Assembly: GCA_039812105.1 (NCBI GenBank)
Contig: JBDHZW010000001.1
Span: 1-51,629, forward strand
Length of the DNA stretch: 51,629 nucleotides
Direction: 5' to 3'
Source: Nakamurella sp.
GTDB taxonomy: Bacteria > Actinomycetota > Actinomycetes > Mycobacteriales > Nakamurellaceae
Under the pieces are notes generated by a model. It did no database searches. It worked only from the letters and a program-made list of their open reading frames with translations, and was not told the DNA's origin. The translations under genes were made by a program, and so were the position numbers. Below, one piece after another: positions 32,083 to 43,641 of the stretch; within the stretch, counting starts at the first letter, position 1; the number at the start of each line of letters is the position of its first letter.

Positions 32083-33410
32083 CGGACGCCGTCCGGCACC
32101 GGTGCCGCCAGTGGTGAAATCGTCATGATGTCTGTCTCCCGGTCGGTGGTGCGGCGTGGCGGGCTCACCCAGGAACCCGACGACGAGCGCCAGGCCCGGG
32201 GCAGCATCCGCAGGCACAGCGCCGCGTCCAGAATGCGCATGGCCGGAAAGCCCAGGCCCAGCAGCAGATATCGGGGTCGGCGCAGCACGACCACGGCCAT
32301 GATGGTCAGCAGGTAGTCCGGCAGCAGGACGCCGATCAGGACCTGTTGCGGCGCCAGCAGCCCGGACAGTGCGGCCGACCAGCTCGACGGATCGACCAGG
32401 TTGACGGCGCCCGCGACCGTGGTCAGCAGCAACGCGGGCAGCAGCAGGACGAACAGCACGCTGCTGGTCAGCAATTCCACCACGAACAGGGCCAGCGTGA
32501 ACCAGAACACCCCGGCCCGGAGTCGATGGCGCCGGACCGTCTGCCAGAAGCCCAGGATCCACCGGGACACCTGTTTGACGTAGTCGCCCAGCCGGTCCGG
32601 ATCCTGGGTGTAGGCCACCGCGGCCCACGGGTGGAACTCGATCCGGCCCAGCCGGCGGGCGTGCACCTCGAAGGTCATGTTGAAGTCCTCGATGACCAGG
32701 CCGGCGCCGATCACGTCGATCTGGGCCAGGGCCGACGTGCGGTACATGCTGGCGAACCCGGGCACGATGGTGACCGCGTTCGCCCACCGGGCCGCCTGGC
32801 CGAACTTCATCAGCAGCTGCACGATCAGGTACAGCCGCTCGCGGTAGGCGAGCAGGAACCGGCCGACCCGCGTCGGGGAGGCGCGGTCGTCGATCGTGCG
32901 GGCGCGCCCGGCGACCGCGACCACCTCCGGGTCGTCGAACAGCGGTAGGGCGCTGCGCAGGTAGTCCGGGGCCAGGTGGGTGTCCGCGTCCAGCAGCAGC
33001 ACCACGTCGAACCGCCCGCACAGGTCGAAGGTCTCGATGCCCGCGGCGAGGGCGCCCGCCTTGCCGCGGTTCGGATCGAGCTCCAGCGTCGTCGCGCCGG
33101 CCGACCGGGCGACCGACGCGGTGCCGTCGGCGGAGCCGTCGGACACGACGAAGACGTTCCCGGCCGGCACCTGACCGCGGGCCACCGCGACCGTCGCCGC
33201 GATCACCGGCTCCTCGTTGTGCGCGGCCACCAGCACGGCGACCCGATCGGTGCCGATCCGCCCCGACCTGCGGATCGGGGCAACGCCGCGACCGGATCGC
33301 GGCCGCCGGGCGGAACCGGCGAACTGGAAGCCGGCGAGCCGGCCCAGGCCGACCACCGACCACAGGGTGGTGGTCACCCCCAGGACGAGAACGACAAGAA
33401 TTGCGGTCAC
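32079..33410 (-). CDS. Processive GT2 glycosyltransferase (PgaC/IcaA/HAS-like)
   Basis: AAHNEE, SDGSADGT, NRGKAGAL, LLDADT, IEDF and QVSRW (QxxRW) motifs. N-terminal and C-terminal TM helices. GGAG RBS before GTG 33410. Confidence 0.9.
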   Translation of the reverse strand: MTAILVVLVLGVTTTLWSVVGLGRLAGFQFAGSARRPRSGRGVAPIRRSGRIGTDRVAVLVAAHNEEPVIAATVAVARGQVPAGNVFVVSDGSADGTASVARSAGATTLELDPNRGKAGALAAGIETFDLCGRFDVVLLLDADTHLAPDYLRSALPLFDDPEVVAVAGRARTIDDRASPTRVGRFLLAYRERLYLIVQLLMKFGQAARWANAVTIVPGFASMYRTSALAQIDVIGAGLVIEDFNMTFEVHARRLGRIEFHPWAAVAYTQDPDRLGDYVKQVSRWILGFWQTVRRHRLRAGVFWFTLALFVVELLTSSVLFVLLLPALLLTTVAGAVNLVDPSSWSAALSGLLAPQQVLIGVLLPDYLLTIMAVVVLRRPRYLLLGLGFPAMRILDAALCLRMLPRAWRSSSGSWVSPPRRTTDRETDIMTISPLAAPVPDGVR

Positions 33411-33447
33411 GGCGGGCTCCGCGGGCTGTGATTGCGCTGGACGCGAC

Positions 33448-33481
33448 GGTGAGCAGTGCAAAATGGTGAGCAGTGCAAAAT
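33448..33481. repeat. Perfect 17-bp tandem duplication GGTGAGCAGTGCAAAAT x2 in the divergent promoter region
   Basis: Copies at 33448-33464 and 33465-33481. Confidence 0.9.
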
Positions 33482-33798
33482 AACGCTCGGTGGTACCCGG
33501 CCGGCCGGCCCGCGCACCCTTCCCCGGACCCGACCATAGCTCACTCTGCGTGCAAGATAAGCCTCCTCAGCGATCTCACAACCAGCCACATGCCTCTCTA
33601 ATGCTCCATCGATTGGCCGTGCATTGACCATTTCGTCACGCTGGGTTGACGATTTCGAATGTCACGGGCCGGCTATCCCCCGAATGGCGGGACGGTTCGA
33701 GCCGCACCGCGTCGGGGGTGATGCGGGACCCGTGACGGGCCGGGCGACCGTGCCGGGCCGCTCGGGCGCCGAGGCAGGACGTGAGGGGACGTGGGTCA

Positions 33799-35181
33799 AT
33801 GGCAACTCCTGGAATGATCACGCAGGATCGGTCGGTGGTGACCCGGCTGGCCGGCACCGGGTTCGCGGCGATCGGCGACGGGCCGCCCGGCGCCGGTCGC
33901 GCCGGCGACCCGAATCCCGACTTCGACGTCGCCGTCGTGGGTTTGGGATACGTGGGGTTGCCGACCGCCCTGGCGTTCCACGCCGCGGGCCGGCGCGTCC
34001 TCGGGCTCGAACTGTCCGAGCGCCGGCTGGGCGTCATCCGGGCCCGACACGCCGATCTGCTGATCGCGGACCGCGACCGGCTGGCCGTCGCGCTGGCCGA
34101 CGAGGATCCCGGACGATTCACCATGACCACGGATCCGGCCATGCTGCGGCGGTCGGCCGCGGTGATCGTGTGCGTACCGACTCCGGTGGATCATTTCCTG
34201 GTCCCCGACCTGGCCGCGCTGCGGGCGGCGTGCCAGACGGTCGTCGAGAACGCTGTGGTGGGACAGACTCTCGTGCTGACCTCGACGACCTACGTGGGCA
34301 GCACCCGGGATCTGCTGATCGAGCCGCTGGCCGACCGCGGATTCCGGGTCGGCACGGACGTGTTCGTGGCGTTCAGTCCGGAACGCATCGACCCGGGCAA
34401 CGACCGCCATGCCCACGAGGATGTGCCGCGGGTGCTCGGCGCGGTCACCCCGAGGTGTGCGGAACGGGCCTCGGCCGTGCTGGGCGGCTATGCCCGGACC
34501 GTGCACGTGGTCGGGTCCGCCGATGCCGCCGAGATGACCAAGTTGCTGGAGAACACCTTCCGGGCCGTCAATATCGCACTGGTGAACGAGTTCGCCGACA
34601 TCTGCCGGACAATGGGCATGGACGTGATGGACGTCATCGGTGCGGCGGCGACGAAACCCTATGGTTTCATGGCGTTCTACCCGGGGCCCGGGGTCGGTGG
34701 CCACTGCATCCCCTGCGACCCGCACTATCTGCTCTGGCAGCTGCGCCGGGCCCGGCTGAGCACACCGGTGATCGAGCAGGCGATGGCCGAGATCGCCGCC
34801 CGGCCCGGTCGGGTGGTCGCCCGTATCCGGGAGACGTTGTCGTCGGCCGGCAAGGGACTGCCCGGGGCCCGGGTGCTGGTGGTGGGCATCGCCTACAAAC
34901 CGGACGTCGAGGACCTGCGGGAATCGCCCGCGCTGGAGATCATGTCGGGATTGATCGCGGCCGGCGCGACAGTCGCCTACCACGACCCGTACTTCCCGTC
35001 GGCGATGCTCGACGACGGCAGCACGGTGATCGGGGTGAGCGATCCGGCCGGCTTCGACGCCGACCTGGTGTTGATCCACACCGCGCACGCCAGCGTCGAG
35101 ATGTCCTGGGTCACCAGGCATCCGCTGGTGCTGGACGCCACCTACCGGATGACCGACGTACCGTCGCGGGTGTCGTTGTGA
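33799..35181 (+). CDS. Nucleotide-sugar (UDP-N-acetylhexosamine) 6-dehydrogenase, WecC/WbpA/TviB type
   Basis: GLGYVGLP, CVPTP, FSPERIDPGN, KLLENTFRAVNIALVNE, GVGGHCIP.DP and YKPDVEDLRESP motifs. Confidence 0.93.
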   Translation: MATPGMITQDRSVVTRLAGTGFAAIGDGPPGAGRAGDPNPDFDVAVVGLGYVGLPTALAFHAAGRRVLGLELSERRLGVIRARHADLLIADRDRLAVALADEDPGRFTMTTDPAMLRRSAAVIVCVPTPVDHFLVPDLAALRAACQTVVENAVVGQTLVLTSTTYVGSTRDLLIEPLADRGFRVGTDVFVAFSPERIDPGNDRHAHEDVPRVLGAVTPRCAERASAVLGGYARTVHVVGSADAAEMTKLLENTFRAVNIALVNEFADICRTMGMDVMDVIGAAATKPYGFMAFYPGPGVGGHCIPCDPHYLLWQLRRARLSTPVIEQAMAEIAARPGRVVARIRETLSSAGKGLPGARVLVVGIAYKPDVEDLRESPALEIMSGLIAAGATVAYHDPYFPSAMLDDGSTVIGVSDPAGFDADLVLIHTAHASVEMSWVTRHPLVLDATYRMTDVPSRVSL

Positions 35182-36893
35182 GCGGGCCGGAGTCGCCCCG
35201 GGGCCGGGTGCCCCGCACGCTGGTCGGGATTCTCACCGCGGTGCTGACCGTCGCCGGCCTGATGACGATCGGCGCGCTGCCGGCCGCCGCGGCCACCGGC
35301 ACCATCATCACGATGACGTTCGACGACTCGAACGCCGATCAGCTGCCGGCCGCGCAGTACATGGCGTCCAAGGGATTGACCGGCACGTTCTTCATGAATT
35401 CCGGCTTCGTCGACCATCCCGGCTACCTGGCCCTGTCCGACGTGCAGACCATCCAGTCGGAGGGCAACGAGATTGCCAGCCATACCATCTCGCATCCCGA
35501 CCTGACCGCGGTGTCGGTCGACGAGGCGACCAGACAGATCTGCGACGACCGGGTGAACTGGTTCAACTGGGGGATCCAGGTGGCGAACTTCGCCTACCCG
35601 TTCGCCGACGCCGACTCGGCGGTGGAGAACGCGGTGGCCGGCTGCGGCGACAACAGCGCCCGCGGCCTGGGCGATGTGAAGACCCGCTTCAGCTGCACCA
35701 ACTGCGTGGTCGGCGAGACCGTCCCACCGGCCGACAAGTACTACACCCGCGCCCCCGACGAGGTCGACACCGACTGGACCCTGGCCGATCTGGAAAAGAG
35801 CGTGACCCAGGCCGAGGCGAAGAACAGCGGCAAGTGGGTGGAGTTGACGTTCCACCACATCTGTACCGGGGACGCGACCAGCTGCCCATCGCCCAGCGTC
35901 ACCCCGACGATCTTCGACCAGTTCGTCACCTGGCTGGCGGCCCAGAAGGCGAAGGGCGCGGTCACCGTCAAGACCGTCGGGCAGGTGATCGGTGGCACCA
36001 CCCAGGCCGCGCACGCCGGCCCGGTGGCCCCCGAGGCGGCGGCGGGGGTGAATGCCGTGCAGAACCCGTCCATGGAGACCTTCGACACCACGACCGGCCT
36101 GCCGTCCTGCTACCTGGCCGGCGGCTACGGCACCAACACCGCCGGGTTCAGCACGACGACGAACGCCCACTCCGGTTCGAGCGCGGTGCAGATCAACGTC
36201 ACCGACTACTCATCGGGTGACGCGAAACTCGTGCCCTCTCTCGACCTCGGCCAGTGCGCGCCGACGGTCACCCCGGGCGAGACCTGGAACCTGGGCGAGT
36301 GGTACGAGTCGACCGCGGTGACCCAGTTCGCGCTGTACTACCGGACCGCCGACGGGCTGTGGAACTACTGGACCTCCAGCCCCTGGTTCGCGGCGTCCTC
36401 GACCTGGACCCAGGCCACCTGGACCACGCCGGCGATCCCGGCCGGGGCCACCGCGCTGAGCTTCGGCCTCAACATCTTCGACAACGGGACGCTGACGATC
36501 GACGACCTGAGCATGGTGCGCGGGACGTCCGGCGCCACCGGCACCGCGGCCGCCACCACGTCGACCGCCACCACGTCGACCGCCACCACGTCGGCGGCGC
36601 TCGGGTCGGCGCGGACCGGGGTGGCCACCGCCGACACCGCGCTGTTCGGGACCGTCATCGCGGCGGCCCAGGGCGGGCCGGACACGGCCGGCGGCAGCGC
36701 CGGCCAGGGCAGCGCGGACCGCACTGCCGCGCCCGCCCGGCACCGGGGCGACCGGATCACCACCATCGACACCGTTCCGGCCCCCGAGCATCCGCAACAG
36801 CCGCAGGCCGGGCGGCGGGCCCAGGACGGCGTGGCCCCGGGCGCGGTCACGCTCCAGCCGTTCGTCGTCTCGCCCGAACTGACCCGCGGATGA
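35178..36893 (+). CDS. Secreted polysaccharide deacetylase (CE4/NodB) with a CBM-like second domain and low-complexity tail
   Basis: Signal peptide ending PAAAA. TFDD, EIASHTISHPDL, FAYPF and LTFHHI motifs. Aromatic-rich domain beginning VQNPSME. ATTST x3 repeat at 36550-36594. GTGA coupling. Confidence 0.88.
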   Translation: MSGPESPRGRVPRTLVGILTAVLTVAGLMTIGALPAAAATGTIITMTFDDSNADQLPAAQYMASKGLTGTFFMNSGFVDHPGYLALSDVQTIQSEGNEIASHTISHPDLTAVSVDEATRQICDDRVNWFNWGIQVANFAYPFADADSAVENAVAGCGDNSARGLGDVKTRFSCTNCVVGETVPPADKYYTRAPDEVDTDWTLADLEKSVTQAEAKNSGKWVELTFHHICTGDATSCPSPSVTPTIFDQFVTWLAAQKAKGAVTVKTVGQVIGGTTQAAHAGPVAPEAAAGVNAVQNPSMETFDTTTGLPSCYLAGGYGTNTAGFSTTTNAHSGSSAVQINVTDYSSGDAKLVPSLDLGQCAPTVTPGETWNLGEWYESTAVTQFALYYRTADGLWNYWTSSPWFAASSTWTQATWTTPAIPAGATALSFGLNIFDNGTLTIDDLSMVRGTSGATGTAAATTSTATTSTATTSAALGSARTGVATADTALFGTVIAAAQGGPDTAGGSAGQGSADRTAAPARHRGDRITTIDTVPAPEHPQQPQAGRRAQDGVAPGAVTLQPFVVSPELTRG

Positions 36894-36984
36894 CACCGAC
36901 CCGCCCGGCTGCCCGACCCCTCGGCGGCCGGGCGGCCCGCCCCGACCCCATCGAACCGACAACCCATCACACGGGGGAGAACAC

Positions 36985-37989
36985 ATGCGTACCACCATCA
37001 CCGGGGGTGCCGGATTCATCGGCAGCCACCTCACCGAGTACCTGCTCGGCCGCGGTGACCACGTGCTCGTCCTGGACAACCTGTCCACCGGACGGATCAG
37101 CAACCTCGACGGAGTCCTGGATCATCCGAACCTGACGTTCGTCGAGGGCAGCATCCTGGACGGCCCGGCCGTCCGGGCGGCCGTCGCCGGGGCCGACCGG
37201 GTGTTCCACCTGGCCGCCGCCGTCGGCGTCCACCTGATCGTGGACCGTCCGCTGGACAGCCTGCGGACGAACATCCACGGCACCGAGGCGGTGCTGGCGG
37301 CCACCCTGGACGCCGGCGCCCGGCTGCTGCTGGTCTCCACCAGCGAGATCTACGGCAAGAACACCGCCGACCGGCTCGACGAGAACGCCGACCTGGTCCT
37401 GGGTTCGCCGCTGAAGGCGCGGTGGAGCTACGCCGCCGCCAAGGGCATCGACGAGGCCTTCGCGCACGCCTACTGGCGCGACTTCGCGCTGCCGGTGACC
37501 ATCGTGCGGTTGTTCAACACGGTCGGCCCCCGGCAGCGCGGCCGGTACGGCATGGTGCTGCCGCGGCTGATGCGTCGGGCCCTGGCCGGGGAGCCGTTGA
37601 CGGTGCACGGTGACGGTGCCCAAACCCGATGCTTCAGCCACGTCCGCGACGTCGTCCCGGCCATCGTCGCACTGGCCGAGGCGCCCGAGAGCCTGGGCGA
37701 GGCCTACAATCTCGGCGGCGGGTTCGAGGTGTCGATCATGGATCTGGCCCGCCGGATCATCGAGCTGACGTCAAGTGCGAGCCAGATCCGGTTGGTCCCG
37801 TACGAGCAGGCCTACGGCCCCGGGTACGAGGACATGCGGCGCCGGGTCCCGGACAACCGCAAGGCCGCCGCCCTGGTCGGGTTCGAACCGCGGGCCACCC
37901 TCGACGAGATCATCCGTTCGGTGGCCGACGACCAGCGGATCGCCCTGGCGTCCGCGTACCGCACGGTCGACCCGGCGCTCGTCGTGTGA
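36985..37989 (+). CDS. NAD-dependent nucleotide-sugar epimerase/dehydratase (extended SDR)
   Basis: TGGAGFIGSHL, HLAAAVGV, STSEIYG, YAAAK and RLFNTVGPRQ motifs. Confidence 0.93.
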   Translation: MRTTITGGAGFIGSHLTEYLLGRGDHVLVLDNLSTGRISNLDGVLDHPNLTFVEGSILDGPAVRAAVAGADRVFHLAAAVGVHLIVDRPLDSLRTNIHGTEAVLAATLDAGARLLLVSTSEIYGKNTADRLDENADLVLGSPLKARWSYAAAKGIDEAFAHAYWRDFALPVTIVRLFNTVGPRQRGRYGMVLPRLMRRALAGEPLTVHGDGAQTRCFSHVRDVVPAIVALAEAPESLGEAYNLGGGFEVSIMDLARRIIELTSSASQIRLVPYEQAYGPGYEDMRRRVPDNRKAAALVGFEPRATLDEIIRSVADDQRIALASAYRTVDPALVV

Positions 37990-39119
37990 TCGACCCGCAG
38001 GCCCCGGTCCGCGACCGGATGCCCAGCCTCCGCGGCGCATCCGGTCGCCCGCGGCGGCGCCGGCTGGTGCCGCTCGTCCTCGGGCTGGTGATGGTCGTCG
38101 GTGCCGGCCTGGTGGTCGCCTGGCTGCAGCGCCCGGCGCAGACCGTCGGACCGACCGACGGCTACCAGGTGCCGGTGGTGATCGGGGCGGTGCCGTACTG
38201 GGACGAGCAGGACGCCCGCACGAGCATCGAAACCCAGGGCAGCGCGCTGACCGTCGCCTCGCCCTGGATCTATGCGGCCGCGGCCGACGGGTCGGTGCAG
38301 CTGCAGCCGGGGGTCGATGCCGCCGCCGAGCAGGCCCAGAACACCTGGTTGCACGACCGCGGACTGAAGGTGGTGCCGACCGTCGCCGACACCACGGCCG
38401 GCCTGTGGGACCCGACCGTGGTCTCCGCGATCATCGCCGACCCGACCCGGCGGGCGGCCCACGTGCAGGCCCTGGTGAACCTGGTCGGCAACGCCGGTTG
38501 CGACGGGATCCAGGTCGACTACGAGGATCTCGCGGCGACCGACCGGGCCCCGTTCGCCGAGTTCGTCACCGATCTGGCCGGCGCGCTGCACGCCGCCGGC
38601 AAGCTGCTGTACGTCACCGTGCACGCCAAGGAGGACGACGCCGGTTACGACGACCGGAACAAGGCCCAGGACTACGCGGCCATCGGCGCCGCCGCCGACA
38701 TGGTCTGCGTCATGGCCTACGACTGGCATTGGAGCACCAGCGCGGCCGGCGCGATCGCCCCGTACGACTGGGTGCAGCGGGTGATCCAGTACACGATCAC
38801 CCAGATTCCCGCGGCCAAGGTGATACTCGGGGTCGGCCTGTTCGGATACGACTGGGTCGGGACCCAGGGTCAGAGCCTGACCTGGCAGCAGGTGGTCGCC
38901 ACCGCCGAGCAGTACTCCGCGCCCGAACAGTGGGACCCGGGCAGCCAGAGCCCGCACCTGACCTACACCGACGCGAGCGGTGCGCTGCACCAGGTCTGGT
39001 ACGAGGACGCCCGCAGCGTCCAGGCCAAGGTCGACCTGGCTCGCCGGGCCGAACTCGGCGGCATCGAGTTGTGGCGGCTCGGTGGGGAGGACCCGGGCAT
39101 CTGGGATCCGGGCCCGTGA
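37986..39119 (+). CDS. Membrane-anchored GH18-family glycoside hydrolase (YaaH/SleL-like)
   Basis: TM anchor, DGIQVDYE, VMAYDWH, KVILGV..FGYDW, VWYED..S...K and GIELWRLGGED motifs. GTGA coupling. Confidence 0.88.
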   Translation: MIDPQAPVRDRMPSLRGASGRPRRRRLVPLVLGLVMVVGAGLVVAWLQRPAQTVGPTDGYQVPVVIGAVPYWDEQDARTSIETQGSALTVASPWIYAAAADGSVQLQPGVDAAAEQAQNTWLHDRGLKVVPTVADTTAGLWDPTVVSAIIADPTRRAAHVQALVNLVGNAGCDGIQVDYEDLAATDRAPFAEFVTDLAGALHAAGKLLYVTVHAKEDDAGYDDRNKAQDYAAIGAAADMVCVMAYDWHWSTSAAGAIAPYDWVQRVIQYTITQIPAAKVILGVGLFGYDWVGTQGQSLTWQQVVATAEQYSAPEQWDPGSQSPHLTYTDASGALHQVWYEDARSVQAKVDLARRAELGGIELWRLGGEDPGIWDPGP

Positions 39120-39124
39120 CGGAC

Positions 39125-40162
39125 CTACAGCCAGCCCTTCCGCCGGAACAGCACGAACAGCACGATCACGGCGGCCACCATGACGATCAGCCCGCCCAGG
39201 AAACCCCGCCCGTCGCCGTACCCGGGGTAGGGCACGTTCATCCCGAAGAAGCCGGTGACCAGGGTGGGCACCGCGATGATGGCCGCCCACGCGGACAGCT
39301 TCTTCATGATCACGTTCAGGTGCACGTCGGACAGTGCCAGGTTGGTCTCGTAGGCCGAACTGAGCACCTCGCGCAGCACGTTCGTCTCGGCGGCGGAGTG
39401 CTGGGCGTGGTCGCACACGTCCCGCAACCGCCGAGTCACGCCGTCCGGCAACAGGTTCGCCAGCGGGTCGTCGGCGGCGGCCGGCCGGGCGGCGGCCCCG
39501 GCGAGGTCGAGCATGATGTCGGCGAACGGCGCGGTCACCCGCCGCAGGGCGGCGATGGACTGCCGGATCCGGAAGGCGCGCAACTGGTCCGCCCGGTTCA
39601 TCGGCTTGTCGTCGAACAGTGATGCGGTCAGCTCGTCGGCGGCGTCCTCCATGGCCAGCAGCGCCTGGCCGTGGGTGTGCACCATCGTGTCCAGCAGCAG
39701 ATGGATGCCCGCCGGAATGCCGTCGGCGGTCAGCGCCGCGGCGTTGTCGGCCAGCCGGCGAACCAGCGGCCCGGCCGCCCGCTCGTCGGCGATCACCGCG
39801 AGCATCCGGTCGGCGGCCAGCACCGCCACCCGGTCCCGGTGCAGTTCGTCGGTGGCCGGGTCGAACGCGACGAGGGCGCCGATCAGCACCACCGCCGCGC
39901 CGACCGGGTCGACCTTCGGCGGTTCCCGATCGGACAGCACGTCCTCGATCGCGTAGGCGTCCAGGTCGAACAGTTCGGCGGTCGGACCGAGGCCGTCGGC
40001 GCTCCGCGGCGCCCACCACCACGCCGCCGCCGACCCGTCGGCGGACAGGGCGTCGGCGAGGTCGGCCACCGGAAGGTCGAAGGCGACGGTCCGATCACCG
40101 CGCCACACCCGCGACCGCGGACGCCAGGGGTCGGCTCGCCGGTCCTGCGCGGTCTGGGTCAC
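39125..40162 (-). CDS. corA: CorA-family Mg2+/Co2+ transporter
   Basis: LNVIMKKLSAWAAIIAVPTLVTGFFGMNVP (GMN motif), two C-terminal TM helices, FRRKGWL. Confidence 0.9.
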   Translation of the reverse strand: MTQTAQDRRADPWRPRSRVWRGDRTVAFDLPVADLADALSADGSAAAWWWAPRSADGLGPTAELFDLDAYAIEDVLSDREPPKVDPVGAAVVLIGALVAFDPATDELHRDRVAVLAADRMLAVIADERAAGPLVRRLADNAAALTADGIPAGIHLLLDTMVHTHGQALLAMEDAADELTASLFDDKPMNRADQLRAFRIRQSIAALRRVTAPFADIMLDLAGAAARPAAADDPLANLLPDGVTRRLRDVCDHAQHSAAETNVLREVLSSAYETNLALSDVHLNVIMKKLSAWAAIIAVPTLVTGFFGMNVPYPGYGDGRGFLGGLIVMVAAVIVLFVLFRRKGWL

Positions 40163-40192
40163 GCCGCCATCATGCGCTCTACGCTTCGTCCC

Positions 40193-40465
40193 GTGACCGT
40201 GCTGATCGACCCGCCGCGCTGGCCGGCCCACGGCCGGCTGTGGTCGCACCTGGTCAGCGACTCGTCCTACGCCGAGCTGCACGCGTTCGCCCGGGCCAAC
40301 GAGGTGCCCGAACGGGGTTTCGACCACGACCACTACGACGTGCCCGGCGACCGGTACCACCTGCTCGTCGGGGCCGGCGCGGTGCCGGTCGACTCCCGGG
40401 AACTGCTGCGCCGGCTCACCGACGCGGGCCTGCGGCAGCCCAAGCGGGACCGCCGGGACCGCTGA
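40193..40465 (+). CDS. DUF4031-like small protein
   Basis: [28 protein letters not shown] and FDHDHYDVP motifs. Confidence 0.85.
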   Translation: MTVLIDPPRWPAHGRLWSHLVSDSSYAELHAFARANEVPERGFDHDHYDVPGDRYHLLVGAGAVPVDSRELLRRLTDAGLRQPKRDRRDR

Positions 40466-40520
40466 TCGTTTCGATACACTCCGCCGGTTACTGCCCAGTC
40501 GACCATCGGGAGCGACCGCC

Positions 40521-43303
<2,783 letters not shown>

Positions 43304-43342
43304 TCCGCCCGCGACCCGACCGCGAGACGGCCGCGAGACGAC

Positions 43343-43377
43343 AAAGGCCCCGCCCCCGGCATGGGGGCGGGGCTTCG
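43343..43377. terminator. Bidirectional terminator between the MFS gene and the PspC operon
   Basis: AAAGGCCCCGCCCCC-GGCAT-GGGGGCGGGGCTT stem-loop. Confidence 0.8.
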
Positions 43378-43422
43378 TCAATCCCAGTCGGCCGAGTTTG
43401 CGAGGGGGTCACCCTGCCCGGC

Positions 43423-43641
43423 TCAGGTGTTCTTCCGGCTCCGGCCGGGCAGGGCGGTCAGCAGCAGGCCGATGCCGATCGCCGCGACGATCCCGGCCAG
43501 TACCCACTTGGTGGCCTCGGTGAACAGCCACCACGGATCACCGCGGAAGCCGATCGAGGCGACGGCCAGGAAGACCAGGGAGAACAGCAGCCCGATCCAG
43601 TTGACGCCGCGCCGCCGCGTGGCCTGGGTGTTGTCAGCCAT
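43423..43641 (-). CDS. Small 2-TM protein of the PspC operon
   Basis: Two hydrophobic helices. Its start overlaps the stop of the PspC gene. Confidence 0.8.
   Translation of the reverse strand: MADNTQATRRRGVNWIGLLFSLVFLAVASIGFRGDPWWLFTEATKWVLAGIVAAIGIGLLLTALPGRSRKNT

Noticed and set aside
36550-36594. 15-bp tandem repeat x3
   Set aside because: It encodes an ATTST low-complexity linker in the deacetylase tail, which is ordinary.
33624-36893. 1089-aa ORF as a single giant fusion protein
   Set aside because: The first half is a shadow frame over the dehydrogenase. The real CDS starts at GTG 35178 with a signal peptide. The same applies to the over-long track ORFs for tsaD, MFS, pcrA, the NarL regulator, GH18, PIG-L and the anti-sigma.
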